Assembly (NCBI GenBank): GCA_963801165.1 | Contig: CAWDDT010000005.1 | Location: 512,001-576,000 of the forward strand | DNA: 64,000 nucleotides | Direction of reading: 5' to 3' | Source: an uncultured bacterium | Lineage (GTDB): Bacteria; Actinomycetota; Acidimicrobiia; Spongiisociales; UBA5794 | Part shown: piece by piece, positions 55,330-64,000 of the stretch | How positions within the stretch are numbered: the first letter of the stretch is position 1 | Layout: every line of letters starts with the position of its first letter | Program-made: the position numbers and the translations under genes | Notes under the pieces: generated by a model | Told to the model about the DNA's origin: nothing | Seen by the model: the letters and a program-made list of their open reading frames with translations, nothing else | The model's database searches: none

Positions 55330-56115
55330 ATGACCGATACCGAGACCCCGCCAAGCGATATCACTCGCCCGGTCCCGCATGGGGGCCGCAGCATGCGGGT
55401 GATCCACGGTCTCGGGTGGACCCTCATCTACCTCGGCGTGCTCACTCTCGGTTTCGTTGTTCACGAGCTGGTGATCACGACATGGTTCGCCCAGCAGGCG
55501 CAGCCCGAACTGACCGCGGAACGGCTGGCACAGTGGGCACAGACCGATATCACCGACATGGTCGTCGTCCCTACCACGACGGCTAACCAGGGAAATGAGA
55601 ACACGACTGGCACCGGCGCCCCCGGCGACGAGGGCGGGAGCGCCCAGCCGGTAATTCTCAAAGTCGAGTCCGAACCCGAGCTGGGCACCGCGTTCGCTGT
55701 CATCCGCATCCCCAAGTTAGAGCGGCTCCGAGATGGGTGGAACGTCGTCGAGGGGGTACGGGTCGTCGATCTGCGCAACGGCGCGGGGCACATGCCGGGC
55801 ACCGCGATGCCCGGCCAACCAGGCAATGCCGTCATAAGCGGGCACCGCACCACCTACGGTCAACCGTTTCACGAGCTCAACGAGCTCGATCCCGGCGACC
55901 GTATCGAGGTCGAAACGGCCATCGGCACCAGCGTGTACGAGGTGAGGGAGATACACATCGTCGCCCCCACCGACCTCTGGGTGACCGAGCCGAGACAGGG
56001 TGCCTGGCTCACGCTCACAACGTGCCATCCCAAGTTCTCTGCCCGGCAGCGGTACGTTGTCGTCGCCGAGCTGGTGTACGGACCGAACTACGACGCAATC
56101 CAGGCGATGTCATGA
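55330..56115 (+). CDS. Class E sortase
   Basis: GAGH.PGT.MPG..GN..ISGHRTTYG.PF, LTLTTCHP, R. Confidence 0.93.
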   Translation: MTDTETPPSDITRPVPHGGRSMRVIHGLGWTLIYLGVLTLGFVVHELVITTWFAQQAQPELTAERLAQWAQTDITDMVVVPTTTANQGNENTTGTGAPGDEGGSAQPVILKVESEPELGTAFAVIRIPKLERLRDGWNVVEGVRVVDLRNGAGHMPGTAMPGQPGNAVISGHRTTYGQPFHELNELDPGDRIEVETAIGTSVYEVREIHIVAPTDLWVTEPRQGAWLTLTTCHPKFSARQRYVVVAELVYGPNYDAIQAMS

Positions 56116-56264
56116 TTACGAGAATCTGGAGACTGTTGCCCGGTCCGCTCAGTGTGCGTGTCGCGCAGGCGGTCGTGCTCACCCTCGTCTTTCTGGTCGC
56201 CCTGCACTTCTTCTACGATTGGGTCGGCAACTGGCTTCTCGACCAGGGTGGCACCGTCGGATGA
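56112..56264 (+). CDS. Small membrane protein (50 aa) of the sortase-pabA locus
   Basis: IWRLLPGP..VR plus TM; ATGA overlaps on both sides. Confidence 0.7.
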   Translation: MITRIWRLLPGPLSVRVAQAVVLTLVFLVALHFFYDWVGNWLLDQGGTVG

Positions 56265-56821
56265 AAGTACTCGTCATTGACAACTACGACTCGTTCACCT
56301 TCAACCTCGTCCAGTATCTCGGCGAGTTGGGGGCGGAACCGGTTGTCGTGCGCAACGACGCCCTCGACCCGGCGGATGCGGCCCGGCAGAGCTTCGATCG
56401 TCTCTTGATCTCGCCGGGACCAGGTCGCCCCGAGGACGCCGGCAGCTCGATTGATTTCATCAAGGTGCTCGGTCCCGCCATCCCGACTCTCGGCGTGTGC
56501 CTCGGTCATCAGGCGATCGCGGTGGCGTTTGGTGGCCGCGTAGATCTGGCACCTGAGCCGCGTCACGGCAAGGTGTCAACGATCACCCACGACGGGCGGG
56601 GGGTCTTCCGCAATCTTCCCAACCCGTTTGAAGCCACCCGGTATCACTCCCTGGCCACTATCGAATTGCCGGTTGAGCTGGAGGTGGTAGCGCACAGCGA
56701 AGATGGCGTTGTCCAGGGCATCCGGCATCGAGAGCTTCCGATCACGGGTGTCCAGTTCCACCCGGAGAGCATCATGACTACCGCCGGCAAGGATCTGCTG
56801 GCGAACTTTCTCAGCAACTAG
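56261..56821 (+). CDS. pabA: Aminodeoxychorismate/anthranilate synthase component II (glutamine amidotransferase, PabA/TrpG)
   Basis: IDNYDSFT.NL, SPGPG, GVCLGHQ, RYHSL, QFHPES. Confidence 0.88.
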   Translation: MKVLVIDNYDSFTFNLVQYLGELGAEPVVVRNDALDPADAARQSFDRLLISPGPGRPEDAGSSIDFIKVLGPAIPTLGVCLGHQAIAVAFGGRVDLAPEPRHGKVSTITHDGRGVFRNLPNPFEATRYHSLATIELPVELEVVAHSEDGVVQGIRHRELPITGVQFHPESIMTTAGKDLLANFLSN

Positions 56822-56822
56822 C

Positions 56823-57605
56823 GTGCCTGGCTACCTCGACACTGCGGTGGAGATAGCTGCGACGGCCAGCGAGATCATGCTGCGTTACTTCGACGCCGGC
56901 CTGTCCGCCGAGTGGAAGGCGGACGACACGCCCGTGACCATCGCCGACCGGACAATCAACGACATGGTGATCGACCGCATTGCCGCCCGGTACCCCGGCC
57001 ATGGCGTCGTCGGTGAGGAGGCTTCCCGGAATCGCCCGGAAGCGACGATGCAATGGGTGTGCGATCCCATCGACGGGACCGTGCCCTTCCTGCTGGGGAT
57101 ACCGACCAACGTCTTTGCGCTCGCCCTATGTGAGGAGGGCAAGCCGATCGTGTCGGTGATCGCCGACCCATATCTGTCCCGGACGTATACCGCCACCCAT
57201 GGCGGCGGTTCGTTCTGCAACGATCGCCGGTTATCTGTGTCGGCCACTGCCGGGTTGCCCGGTGCGATGATGAACGTGTCCGGACGCAGCGACGGCGACC
57301 CGGCCAGCGGTGCCGCCATCTACCGCGACCTCGAGGCTGCCGGTGTCAGCCAGATGCACCATTACTCGATGCTGTACGAGGCCGTCCAGGTTGCGGCAGG
57401 GAAGTTCGATGCTGCCATCTACGCCAAGTCGCACCCGTGGGATGCCGCCGCCGGTGCCCTCCTCGTGACCGAGGCCGGTGGCCGGGTCACCGACCTCCTG
57501 GGCCGAAACCAGCGCTACGACCGCACCATCACAGGTGCCGTCTTCTCCAACGGCCACGTGCACGACGACCTTGTCGCCCTGACCACCCCCCACGTAGCCA
57601 AATAG
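56823..57605 (+). CDS. Inositol monophosphatase family protein
   Basis: VT.AD, GEE, DPIDGT, WDAAAG..LV.EAGG. Confidence 0.92.
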   Translation: MPGYLDTAVEIAATASEIMLRYFDAGLSAEWKADDTPVTIADRTINDMVIDRIAARYPGHGVVGEEASRNRPEATMQWVCDPIDGTVPFLLGIPTNVFALALCEEGKPIVSVIADPYLSRTYTATHGGGSFCNDRRLSVSATAGLPGAMMNVSGRSDGDPASGAAIYRDLEAAGVSQMHHYSMLYEAVQVAAGKFDAAIYAKSHPWDAAAGALLVTEAGGRVTDLLGRNQRYDRTITGAVFSNGHVHDDLVALTTPHVAK

Positions 57606-57615
57606 CGATCCCACG

Positions 57616-58066
57616 TCCCGGTCCAATCCCTCCCTGCGGTCGGGTGTACCAGCAGCGATTGTGCTGGGAGCAAGTAGTGATCCCCCCATTTCGGGGGATC
57701 GGACGGCCTCCCGGGCCGTCCGAGGGGGGAAGGACGAGCGGCGTTCGCCGTTGATTGTGCCCCCCTCCCGGTCCAGTCCCTCCCTCCGGTCGGGTCTGGC
57801 CCCGCCCTCCCGCAAGGGGAGGGCCGCTACAGCAATCCCCCCATTTCGGGGGGATCGGGCGGCCTCCCGGGCCGTCCGAGGGGGGAAGGACGAGCGGCGC
57901 TCGCCGTTGATTGTGCCCCCCTCCCGGTCCAGTCCCTCCCTGCGGTCGGGTCTGGCCCCGCCCTCCCGCAAGGGGAGGGCCGCTACAGCAATCCCCCCAT
58001 TTCGGGGGGATCGGGCGGCCTCCCGGGCCGTCCGAGGGGGGAAGGACGAGCGGCGCTCGCCGTTGA
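57616..58066. repeat. Tandem ~156-bp REP/BIME-like palindromic repeats (~3 units)
   Basis: ATCCCCCCATTTCGGGGG(G)AT starts at 57680, 57835 and 57991; internal hairpins GG(A/G)CGGCC..GGCCGTCC and CCCTCCC-GCAA-GGGGAGGG; between convergent genes. Confidence 0.88.
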
Positions 58067-58071
58067 CGCAT

Positions 58072-59007
58072 CTATCTCGGGGTGCGGTACCAGTCGAGCG
58101 AGGTGCGGACCGCCTCGCCGAGCGGGGTGGCCGGGAACGGGCCGAAGACCGTCTGGTACTTGGTGTCGTCGGCGACGAAGTCCTCCGTCCACTGGTACGC
58201 GATCTCCAGACTCTCGCGCGAGATGCGATGGAACGGCGCCAGCATCCGCAGCATGTTCTTGGTGACCACGCCGGTCTTCAGCTCCGTCGGAACCTCCGCG
58301 TTGACGGTAGCGAGAAACTCTGCACCGGTTGGGGCGGGTGCGTGCGGGAGGATCCACGTCTCTCCGTCGGCCTTCGACTCGTCGCCCAATGTGACGAAGG
58401 CGCGGGCGATGTCCGGTAGGTACGCAACCGAGTGTTTCCGATCGAGGCGCCCCATCCACCTAGCGGTTTTGCCTGCGGCGGCAGGGGCGATGGCGAGGGC
58501 GGTGATCCCGCTGTTGTCCGCCGCCGGCCCGAAGTAATCGGACGCCCTGCCAATGGCGACTCGAACCCGGCCCGTGTCGTTGGCGCGACGCAGGGTCTTT
58601 GCCATGGCGGCCCGTACGTCGCCCTTCTTGGTGCCACCCATTTCTGCGAGGTCTTCGGTCAGGGTGGTTGCACCCGGGCCGTACATGTAGAGGTTGTCAA
58701 CGATCACCAGTTTGGAGCCGGTCGCGGCGACCGCATCGAGCACGGTGTCGAGCATGTGAGGGAACTCCTGCGGCCACCGGTGGTACGGAGGTTGTGCGGC
58801 GAGATACACGACTGTTGCCCCGGCGACCGCCGCCGCGGCGCCGTCCGGGGTGGTGATGTCGGCCGCTAGTCGGATGACACCCTCCGGACCCTGGGAGTCG
58901 CCGCCTCGGTTGACGGCACGGACCTGGTGGTCGCTGGCGGCCAGTGCCCGCACGATGGCGCTCCCGGCACCGCCGCTCCCGCCGAGGACGACATGCATAT
59001 CGTTCAT
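58072..59007 (-). CDS. NAD-dependent epimerase/dehydratase family protein
   Basis: VLGGSGGAG, DNLYMYG, KKG.VR, RASDYFGP. Confidence 0.9.
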   Translation of the reverse strand: MNDMHVVLGGSGGAGSAIVRALAASDHQVRAVNRGGDSQGPEGVIRLAADITTPDGAAAAVAGATVVYLAAQPPYHRWPQEFPHMLDTVLDAVAATGSKLVIVDNLYMYGPGATTLTEDLAEMGGTKKGDVRAAMAKTLRRANDTGRVRVAIGRASDYFGPAADNSGITALAIAPAAAGKTARWMGRLDRKHSVAYLPDIARAFVTLGDESKADGETWILPHAPAPTGAEFLATVNAEVPTELKTGVVTKNMLRMLAPFHRISRESLEIAYQWTEDFVADDTKYQTVFGPFPATPLGEAVRTSLDWYRTPR

Positions 59008-59020
59008 GGTCTTCTCCTTC

Positions 59021-59069
59021 TGCGAACACCGTTCACTGTTCTTCATACAATATGCGAACAGTGTTCGCA
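59021..59069. promoter_or_regulatory. TetR operator pair
   Basis: TGCGAACAGTGTTCGCA (59053-59069) palindrome and degenerate copy TGCGAACACCGTTCACT (59021-59037). Confidence 0.7.
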
Positions 59070-59118
59070 CTGTCAAGAGTGTTTGCACCTCATGCGGATG
59101 GAAGCCACACTGGTGGCG

Positions 59119-59796
59119 ATGACGACACGACGCGAGCGGCTCCGAGCAGCGACCATCACCGAGATAAAGCAGGCGGCGCTCGAACAGATCGCCGCGGTCG
59201 GCGCACCCGCTCTGTCGCTGCGGGGAGTGGCCCGGGCAATCGGAATGAGCCCGGCCGGCCTGTATCGGTACTACGGCGGTCGCGATGCTCTGCTGACCGA
59301 TCTGATTACCGACGCCTACAACGCTCTTGCGGATGCGGTCGAGGCCGGGATGGGTGCTGCCGTGGGATCGCCGCGGGACCGGTTCGCTGCGGGAATCCGG
59401 GCCTACCGCGCCTGGTGCCTCGACCATCCGAACCAGTTCTTGCTCATCTTCGGAACGCCGATCCCTGGCTATGCCGCCCCCGAGGGTGGCCCCACGGTCG
59501 CTGCCAACCAGCGGATGGGAGAGGCCTTCTTCATGGTTGCCATCGAGGCGTGGCGGCATGGTGCGATGCGGGCGTTGGCCCCGGTACGGCCGCCTGTGGA
59601 AGGTGAAGTAGCTCTGGCGGCGCAGATAGATCCGGAGTTACCGCCCACCCTGATCGGGGTCTTGCTGGGGACCTGGGCCCAATTTCACGGTCTGATCACC
59701 CTGGAAGTGCTCGGTCAGCTCGACTGGATCTACGACGACGTCACGGTCTTCTTCGAGAGCGAGATTGCACGGTTGCTCGACGGGCTTGGCCTGTAG
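59119..59796 (+). CDS. TetR/AcrR family regulator (WHG-type C-terminus)
   Basis: LSLRGVARAIGMSPAGLYRYY, LIFGTPIPGY, W..FHG. Confidence 0.92.
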   Translation: MTTRRERLRAATITEIKQAALEQIAAVGAPALSLRGVARAIGMSPAGLYRYYGGRDALLTDLITDAYNALADAVEAGMGAAVGSPRDRFAAGIRAYRAWCLDHPNQFLLIFGTPIPGYAAPEGGPTVAANQRMGEAFFMVAIEAWRHGAMRALAPVRPPVEGEVALAAQIDPELPPTLIGVLLGTWAQFHGLITLEVLGQLDWIYDDVTVFFESEIARLLDGLGL

Positions 59797-59823
59797 CGGC
59801 TCCGCCGCCGAGTCGGGACGGCA

Positions 59824-62016
59824 TCAACCGCCCCCGCCACCGCCCCCGTCACCGGGAGGGGGTTCGGCCGGGGTGACGATGCCGATGTCGACGGTCACCA
59901 CCGAGCCGTCGTCGACCATCGCCCCCACGTCGGGGTTCTGGGCCGCGACCTTGCCCTCGAGACCGGAATCGGGCGGCACCTCGACCGTGCCGGCTACATT
60001 CAGGGTCAACCCCACGTCGAGCAGAGCCGATCGTGCCTCGTCCTCGGTCTTGCCCGTGAGATCCGGCACCTCTACCTGGAGGATGACGCCGAGCCTGACA
60101 TGAATCTCGTCACCAAACGCGACCTGGGTGCCTGCGGACGGGGTCTGGGCCGCGATCATGCCGACCAGACCGCTGTCCTTGGTGACCTCCACGGTCTCCG
60201 AATCAACGACCAGAGTGAGTCCCCGCTCGGAAGCGAGCGCCTGCGCTTCGGGGATCGACCGCCCGGTGAGGTCGGGGAGCGGGAACGGCTCGGGCCCCTT
60301 GGATACGTACACAGTCACCGTCGCATCGCGTTGGGCCAGTTGGTTGGCCGCCGGCTCGGTGCGGATCACAAACCCTTCCAGCATCTCGTTGTCGAAGTCC
60401 TCGGCGACGACGATATCGGTGAAGCCGAGCCTGGTCAGCTCCTCCTGAGCGGTCGTCTGTGCCACGCCTTCCAGAGACGGCATGGCGAGGAACCTCGGCC
60501 CGCTCGAGACGACCAGATCTATCTTTGTGCCCGGAGCGGCCTGGGTACCCGCCGGGAGCGACTGGGTGATGACGACGCCTTCGTCGAAGTCCTGGCTGTC
60601 GCGTAGGGTCTCCTCACCGACGACAAACCCGGAGTCGGACAGTGTCTGTCGTGCCACCTCGATGTCGAGATTGGTCACGTTGGGGATCGGGAACTGCTCA
60701 GGCCCGGAAGACACCACCAACGTCACCTTGGTTCCCGGCTCCACCTGCTCACCCTCGGGAGGCTCGGAGCGGATCACGATGTCCTCGGCGACCTCGGCGC
60801 TGGTCTCTTCCCGGAAGAAGATCTGCAGCCCGTTCTGCTGGAGGAGATCCGACGCCGCGTTGCGATCGAGCCCGGCGAGCGTTGGCACGGCCACCAGGGT
60901 TGGTGCCGTCGGCTCGTTCGTTCCGGAGACCAGCTGCCACAACATGAACGATCCGATCAACAACAAGCCGATGAGCCCGACGATGGCCAGGATGTAGCTG
61001 GTTTGGCTGCGCTCCTTGTCCGGGTACTGGGCGATGTGACGACCGGTCTGGTCGGGCGTGGCGGTCGGGGGCGGCGCGGGGCTGGCCATGAGGCGCGTCT
61101 GGGCGGTCGGTTCCTGAGGCAGGGACCGGGGAGGAGCAGCGGCCGCAGCCACGGCTTCGTGCTCGATGGTCATCTGATGGGCGACCGTCATCTCGCCCCG
61201 CAGATATCGCAAGAGGTCGGCGCGCATCTCCTCGGCCGTCTGGTAGCGGTCGTTGGGATCCTTCTCCATCGCTCGCTCGACGACTGCCTCGAGCCCGGCG
61301 GGCACGTCGGGGTTGATCCCGCTCGGAGGAGGCGCAAACTCGGCGACATGCTGGTAGGCCACCGCGACGGGGCTCTCCCCGGTGAACGGCGCCTGTCCGC
61401 ACAACAACTCGTAGAGGACCACGCCGAGCGAGTAGATGTCGGAGCGGGCATCGGCGGGAAGACCCTGCGCCTGTTCGGGGCTGAAGTAAGTCGCGGTACC
61501 GATAACCGCCCCGGTGCGGGTCAGCTCCTCGGAATCATCGAGAGCACGGGCGATACCGAAGTCTGTGACCTTCACAGTCCCGTCCGCCGTCAGCATGATG
61601 TTGCCCGGCTTTATGTCGCGGTGGTAGACACCCGCCTGGTGGGCCACCGTCAGGGCGGCCGCCGTCTCTGCGGCGATCTCGGCGGCTCGCCGGGGCAGCA
61701 GCATGCCCTCGGAGCGGCGAACGTCGCGCAGAGTCCGGCCGTGGATCAACTCCATCACCATGAAGTACGTGTCCTCATGGCTGCCAAAGTCGTAGATGCT
61801 GACGATGTTGGGGTGGTTGAGGCCGGCGGCGTTCTGCGCCTCACGGCGGAACCGCGCCACGAACGCATCGTCCCTGGCGAACTGTGGGTGCAGGATCTTC
61901 ACCGCGACGCGTCGACCCAGGGAGATGTCCTCTGCGGAGAAGACGTCTCCCATACCCCCTCGGGCGAGATGCCCGGTAATCCGGTAGCGGCCTGCGAGTA
62001 CGCGTTCGTCAGTCAC
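59824..62016 (-). CDS. pknB: PASTA-domain Ser/Thr protein kinase PknB
   Basis: GGMG.V, VAVK, HRDIKPGN, DFG, GTATYFSPEQ, TM, five PASTA-like repeats. Confidence 0.95.
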   Translation of the reverse strand: MTDERVLAGRYRITGHLARGGMGDVFSAEDISLGRRVAVKILHPQFARDDAFVARFRREAQNAAGLNHPNIVSIYDFGSHEDTYFMVMELIHGRTLRDVRRSEGMLLPRRAAEIAAETAAALTVAHQAGVYHRDIKPGNIMLTADGTVKVTDFGIARALDDSEELTRTGAVIGTATYFSPEQAQGLPADARSDIYSLGVVLYELLCGQAPFTGESPVAVAYQHVAEFAPPPSGINPDVPAGLEAVVERAMEKDPNDRYQTAEEMRADLLRYLRGEMTVAHQMTIEHEAVAAAAAPPRSLPQEPTAQTRLMASPAPPPTATPDQTGRHIAQYPDKERSQTSYILAIVGLIGLLLIGSFMLWQLVSGTNEPTAPTLVAVPTLAGLDRNAASDLLQQNGLQIFFREETSAEVAEDIVIRSEPPEGEQVEPGTKVTLVVSSGPEQFPIPNVTNLDIEVARQTLSDSGFVVGEETLRDSQDFDEGVVITQSLPAGTQAAPGTKIDLVVSSGPRFLAMPSLEGVAQTTAQEELTRLGFTDIVVAEDFDNEMLEGFVIRTEPAANQLAQRDATVTVYVSKGPEPFPLPDLTGRSIPEAQALASERGLTLVVDSETVEVTKDSGLVGMIAAQTPSAGTQVAFGDEIHVRLGVILQVEVPDLTGKTEDEARSALLDVGLTLNVAGTVEVPPDSGLEGKVAAQNPDVGAMVDDGSVVTVDIGIVTPAEPPPGDGGGGGGG

Positions 62017-62064
62017 GAGGGGGAATGGTAACGATGCTGGGGGGTACGAGTGTCATAGTCCGGT

Positions 62065-63546
62065 TCAATTGTCTTCCTGTCCAATTCCAAAGAATGCCGA
62101 GAACACCTTCTGAGCTATCGGTGCGGCCACGGTCCCACCTGTAGCTGCCTCCCCGGCGTCACCTCCCGACTCGACGAGCACCGCGATCGCTATTTGCGGG
62201 TCGCCGACGTCCGGCTCGACAGGCCCGAAACCGACGAACCAGGCATGCGGCGCCGCATCGGGGACCTCGGCGGTCCCGGTCTTACCCGCGATCCGGATGC
62301 CCGGCACCGACGCCCGTCGCCCGGTACCCGAGGTGACCACGCTCTCCATCAGACCCGTGAGCGCAGTCGAGGTTGCCGGGCTCATCGCCCGCACCCATAC
62401 CGACGGCTCGGTCGACTGCTCGACGAGACCCTCCGAGTTGAAGACCTCCTGTACGAGGTAGGGGACCATGATCTCACCGTTGTTGGCGACGGCCGCGGCG
62501 GTGAGCGCCATCTCGAGCGGGGTGGCAAGCACGTCGCGTTGGCCGATCGCCGACTGCGCCACCCCGGGCACGTCGAACTCGAAGGTGCTCGCAGCGGGGA
62601 TGGTTGATTCAATGGACCGCAGCTCAAAGGGGACCTCGCTGTTGAATCCGAACGACTCGGCGGTATCGACCAGCTGCTCGGCACCGACCGACATGCCGAG
62701 CATTCCGAAGATCGTGTTACACGAGTTGGTGAACGCCCGTGACAGCGGCACCTCGGCACCGGAGCCGCAGGCTTTCCCATCGAAGTTGCTGATGGTGGCG
62801 GTCGACCCGGGAAGCTCGAGCTCGACCGGGTTGGGAAACGGCGTTTCCGCGGAGGCAACACCGGATTCGAGGGCGGCGGCTGTGGTTATCAACTTGAACG
62901 TCGACCCCGGAGGGTACGACGCCGCTATGGCGCGGTTCAGCAGCGGCTGGTCGGGGTCGTCCTCGAGGGCAGTGCCGGTGGGTCCGGCGTCGCCGCCGGT
63001 CAGTGTGTTCGGATCGAAGTCCGGGGTCGAGACCATGGCGAGGATCGCCCCGGTGGCCGGGTCGAGGGCAACCACCGCGCCCCGCTGATCACCGAGTGCC
63101 TCGCGGGCGACGGTCTGCAGATCATGCTCGACGGTGAGGCGGAGCCCGCGAGGGCGAACGTCGCCGCCGAACAGCGCACTGAGAACACCCGAGATGGTGG
63201 CGTCACGGTAGGACACGAGATCATCGGCCCGGGTCGACTCGAGACCGTGGCTGCCAAAGAGAAGGGTCGTGTAGCCGATCGTTTGGGAGTACAACGATCC
63301 CTCCGGGTATGTCCTCCGAAACGACAACGGGTCCGCCGGATCGGCAATCGACTCCGCAACCACGACACCGTCGGCGGTGATGATGGTTCCGCGCTCCCTT
63401 CCATTCTGGCTGGTGGCAACCCGAACGTTGCGTGGATCGTCGCGGTAGTCGGGCCCAACAATCACCTGGTGGTACGTGACGGCACCGACGAGAACCGCAA
63501 ACAAGGCGAAGACTGCGCTGGCGAGCACGCGTATCGGCCGGTTCAT
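62065..63546 (-). CDS. pbpA: Class B penicillin-binding protein PbpA
   Basis: PGSTFK, SCN, KTG; between rodA and pknB. Confidence 0.93.
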   Translation of the reverse strand: MNRPIRVLASAVFALFAVLVGAVTYHQVIVGPDYRDDPRNVRVATSQNGRERGTIITADGVVVAESIADPADPLSFRRTYPEGSLYSQTIGYTTLLFGSHGLESTRADDLVSYRDATISGVLSALFGGDVRPRGLRLTVEHDLQTVAREALGDQRGAVVALDPATGAILAMVSTPDFDPNTLTGGDAGPTGTALEDDPDQPLLNRAIAASYPPGSTFKLITTAAALESGVASAETPFPNPVELELPGSTATISNFDGKACGSGAEVPLSRAFTNSCNTIFGMLGMSVGAEQLVDTAESFGFNSEVPFELRSIESTIPAASTFEFDVPGVAQSAIGQRDVLATPLEMALTAAAVANNGEIMVPYLVQEVFNSEGLVEQSTEPSVWVRAMSPATSTALTGLMESVVTSGTGRRASVPGIRIAGKTGTAEVPDAAPHAWFVGFGPVEPDVGDPQIAIAVLVESGGDAGEAATGGTVAAPIAQKVFSAFFGIGQEDN

Positions 63547-64000
63547 GTCCGCTCCCCGTGCGAGGCGCGCACCAACAACGCCACCAGGACCATGTTGGCG
63601 AGCAGTGACGATCCCCCGTAGGACATGAACGGCAGTGTTATGCCCGTGACCGGGAACAGCCGCAGTACGCCCGCGAGGATCAGACAGGCCTGGACCGCAA
63701 GCACGGTCGTGAGGCCGAACGCCAGGAACTTGCGGAACACGTCGCGGGAGCGTAGGGCAATGCCATACCCGGCAGCAGCGATCAGGGCATAGGCCGCCAG
63801 TACCGCGATAGAGCCCGCAAACCCCATCTCCTCGGCTACCGAAGCAAATATGAAATCGGTCGCAGCAGCCGGGATCAGGTCGGGCCGGCCCAAACCGAGC
63901 CCGCTGCCGGTCAGTGATCCGCTCCCCATAGCGAAGAGGCCCTGGATGGTCTGATAGCCGGCGTCGGCGAAATCGTTGAACGGGTGTAGCCAGGCAAACA
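63543..64000 (-). CDS. rodA: RodA/FtsW SEDS protein (5'-truncated by the window edge)
   Basis: TDFIF...EEMG, PVTGITLPFMSYGGSS. Confidence 0.92.
   Translation of the reverse strand, partial: FAWLHPFNDFADAGYQTIQGLFAMGSGSLTGSGLGLGRPDLIPAAATDFIFASVAEEMGFAGSIAVLAAYALIAAAGYGIALRSRDVFRKFLAFGLTTVLAVQACLILAGVLRLFPVTGITLPFMSYGGSSLLANMVLVALLVRASHGERT

Noticed and set aside
57616-58066. CRISPR array
   Set aside because: Units are long and near-identical throughout, with no unique spacers and no cas genes

Overview
High-GC actinobacterial chromosomal window, probably Acidimicrobiia (inferred from the Cys-containing 'GCNPP..D.FCP..VTRGQMAAFL' SLH-type repeats and the gene content). The left part (1-25.6 kb) has panD, a cobalamin riboswitch heading an ECF-transporter operon, an ECF sigma factor coupled to a membrane-anchored family-5 solute-binding protein, metabolic genes, a P1B-5 ATPase with a hemerythrin domain and many lipoproteins. 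The middle (25.65-50.8 kb) looks like an integration hotspot at the 3' end of tRNA-Ile(GAT). Three progressively decayed copies of the tRNA 3' end (25652, 28644, 36838) delimit stacked islands. The youngest is an apparently intact ~13.9 kb integrative mobilisable element with a tyrosine integrase, an Xis-like HTH and a MOBF relaxase-helicase. Its cargo is two secreted peptidoglycan-hydrolase operons plus an ECF sigma/anti-sigma pair, and all three cargo transcription units share a TGAACC-N16-C(A/C)AAG promoter-like motif. This is the best candidate for an undescribed system. The right part has tRNA-Ala, a thiolase, a frameshifted IS481 with a 6-bp target duplication, REP-like repeats and the conserved crgA-sortase-pabA/trpG-pknB-pbpA-rodA cluster. 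All calls come from motif recognition by eye; no database searches were run.
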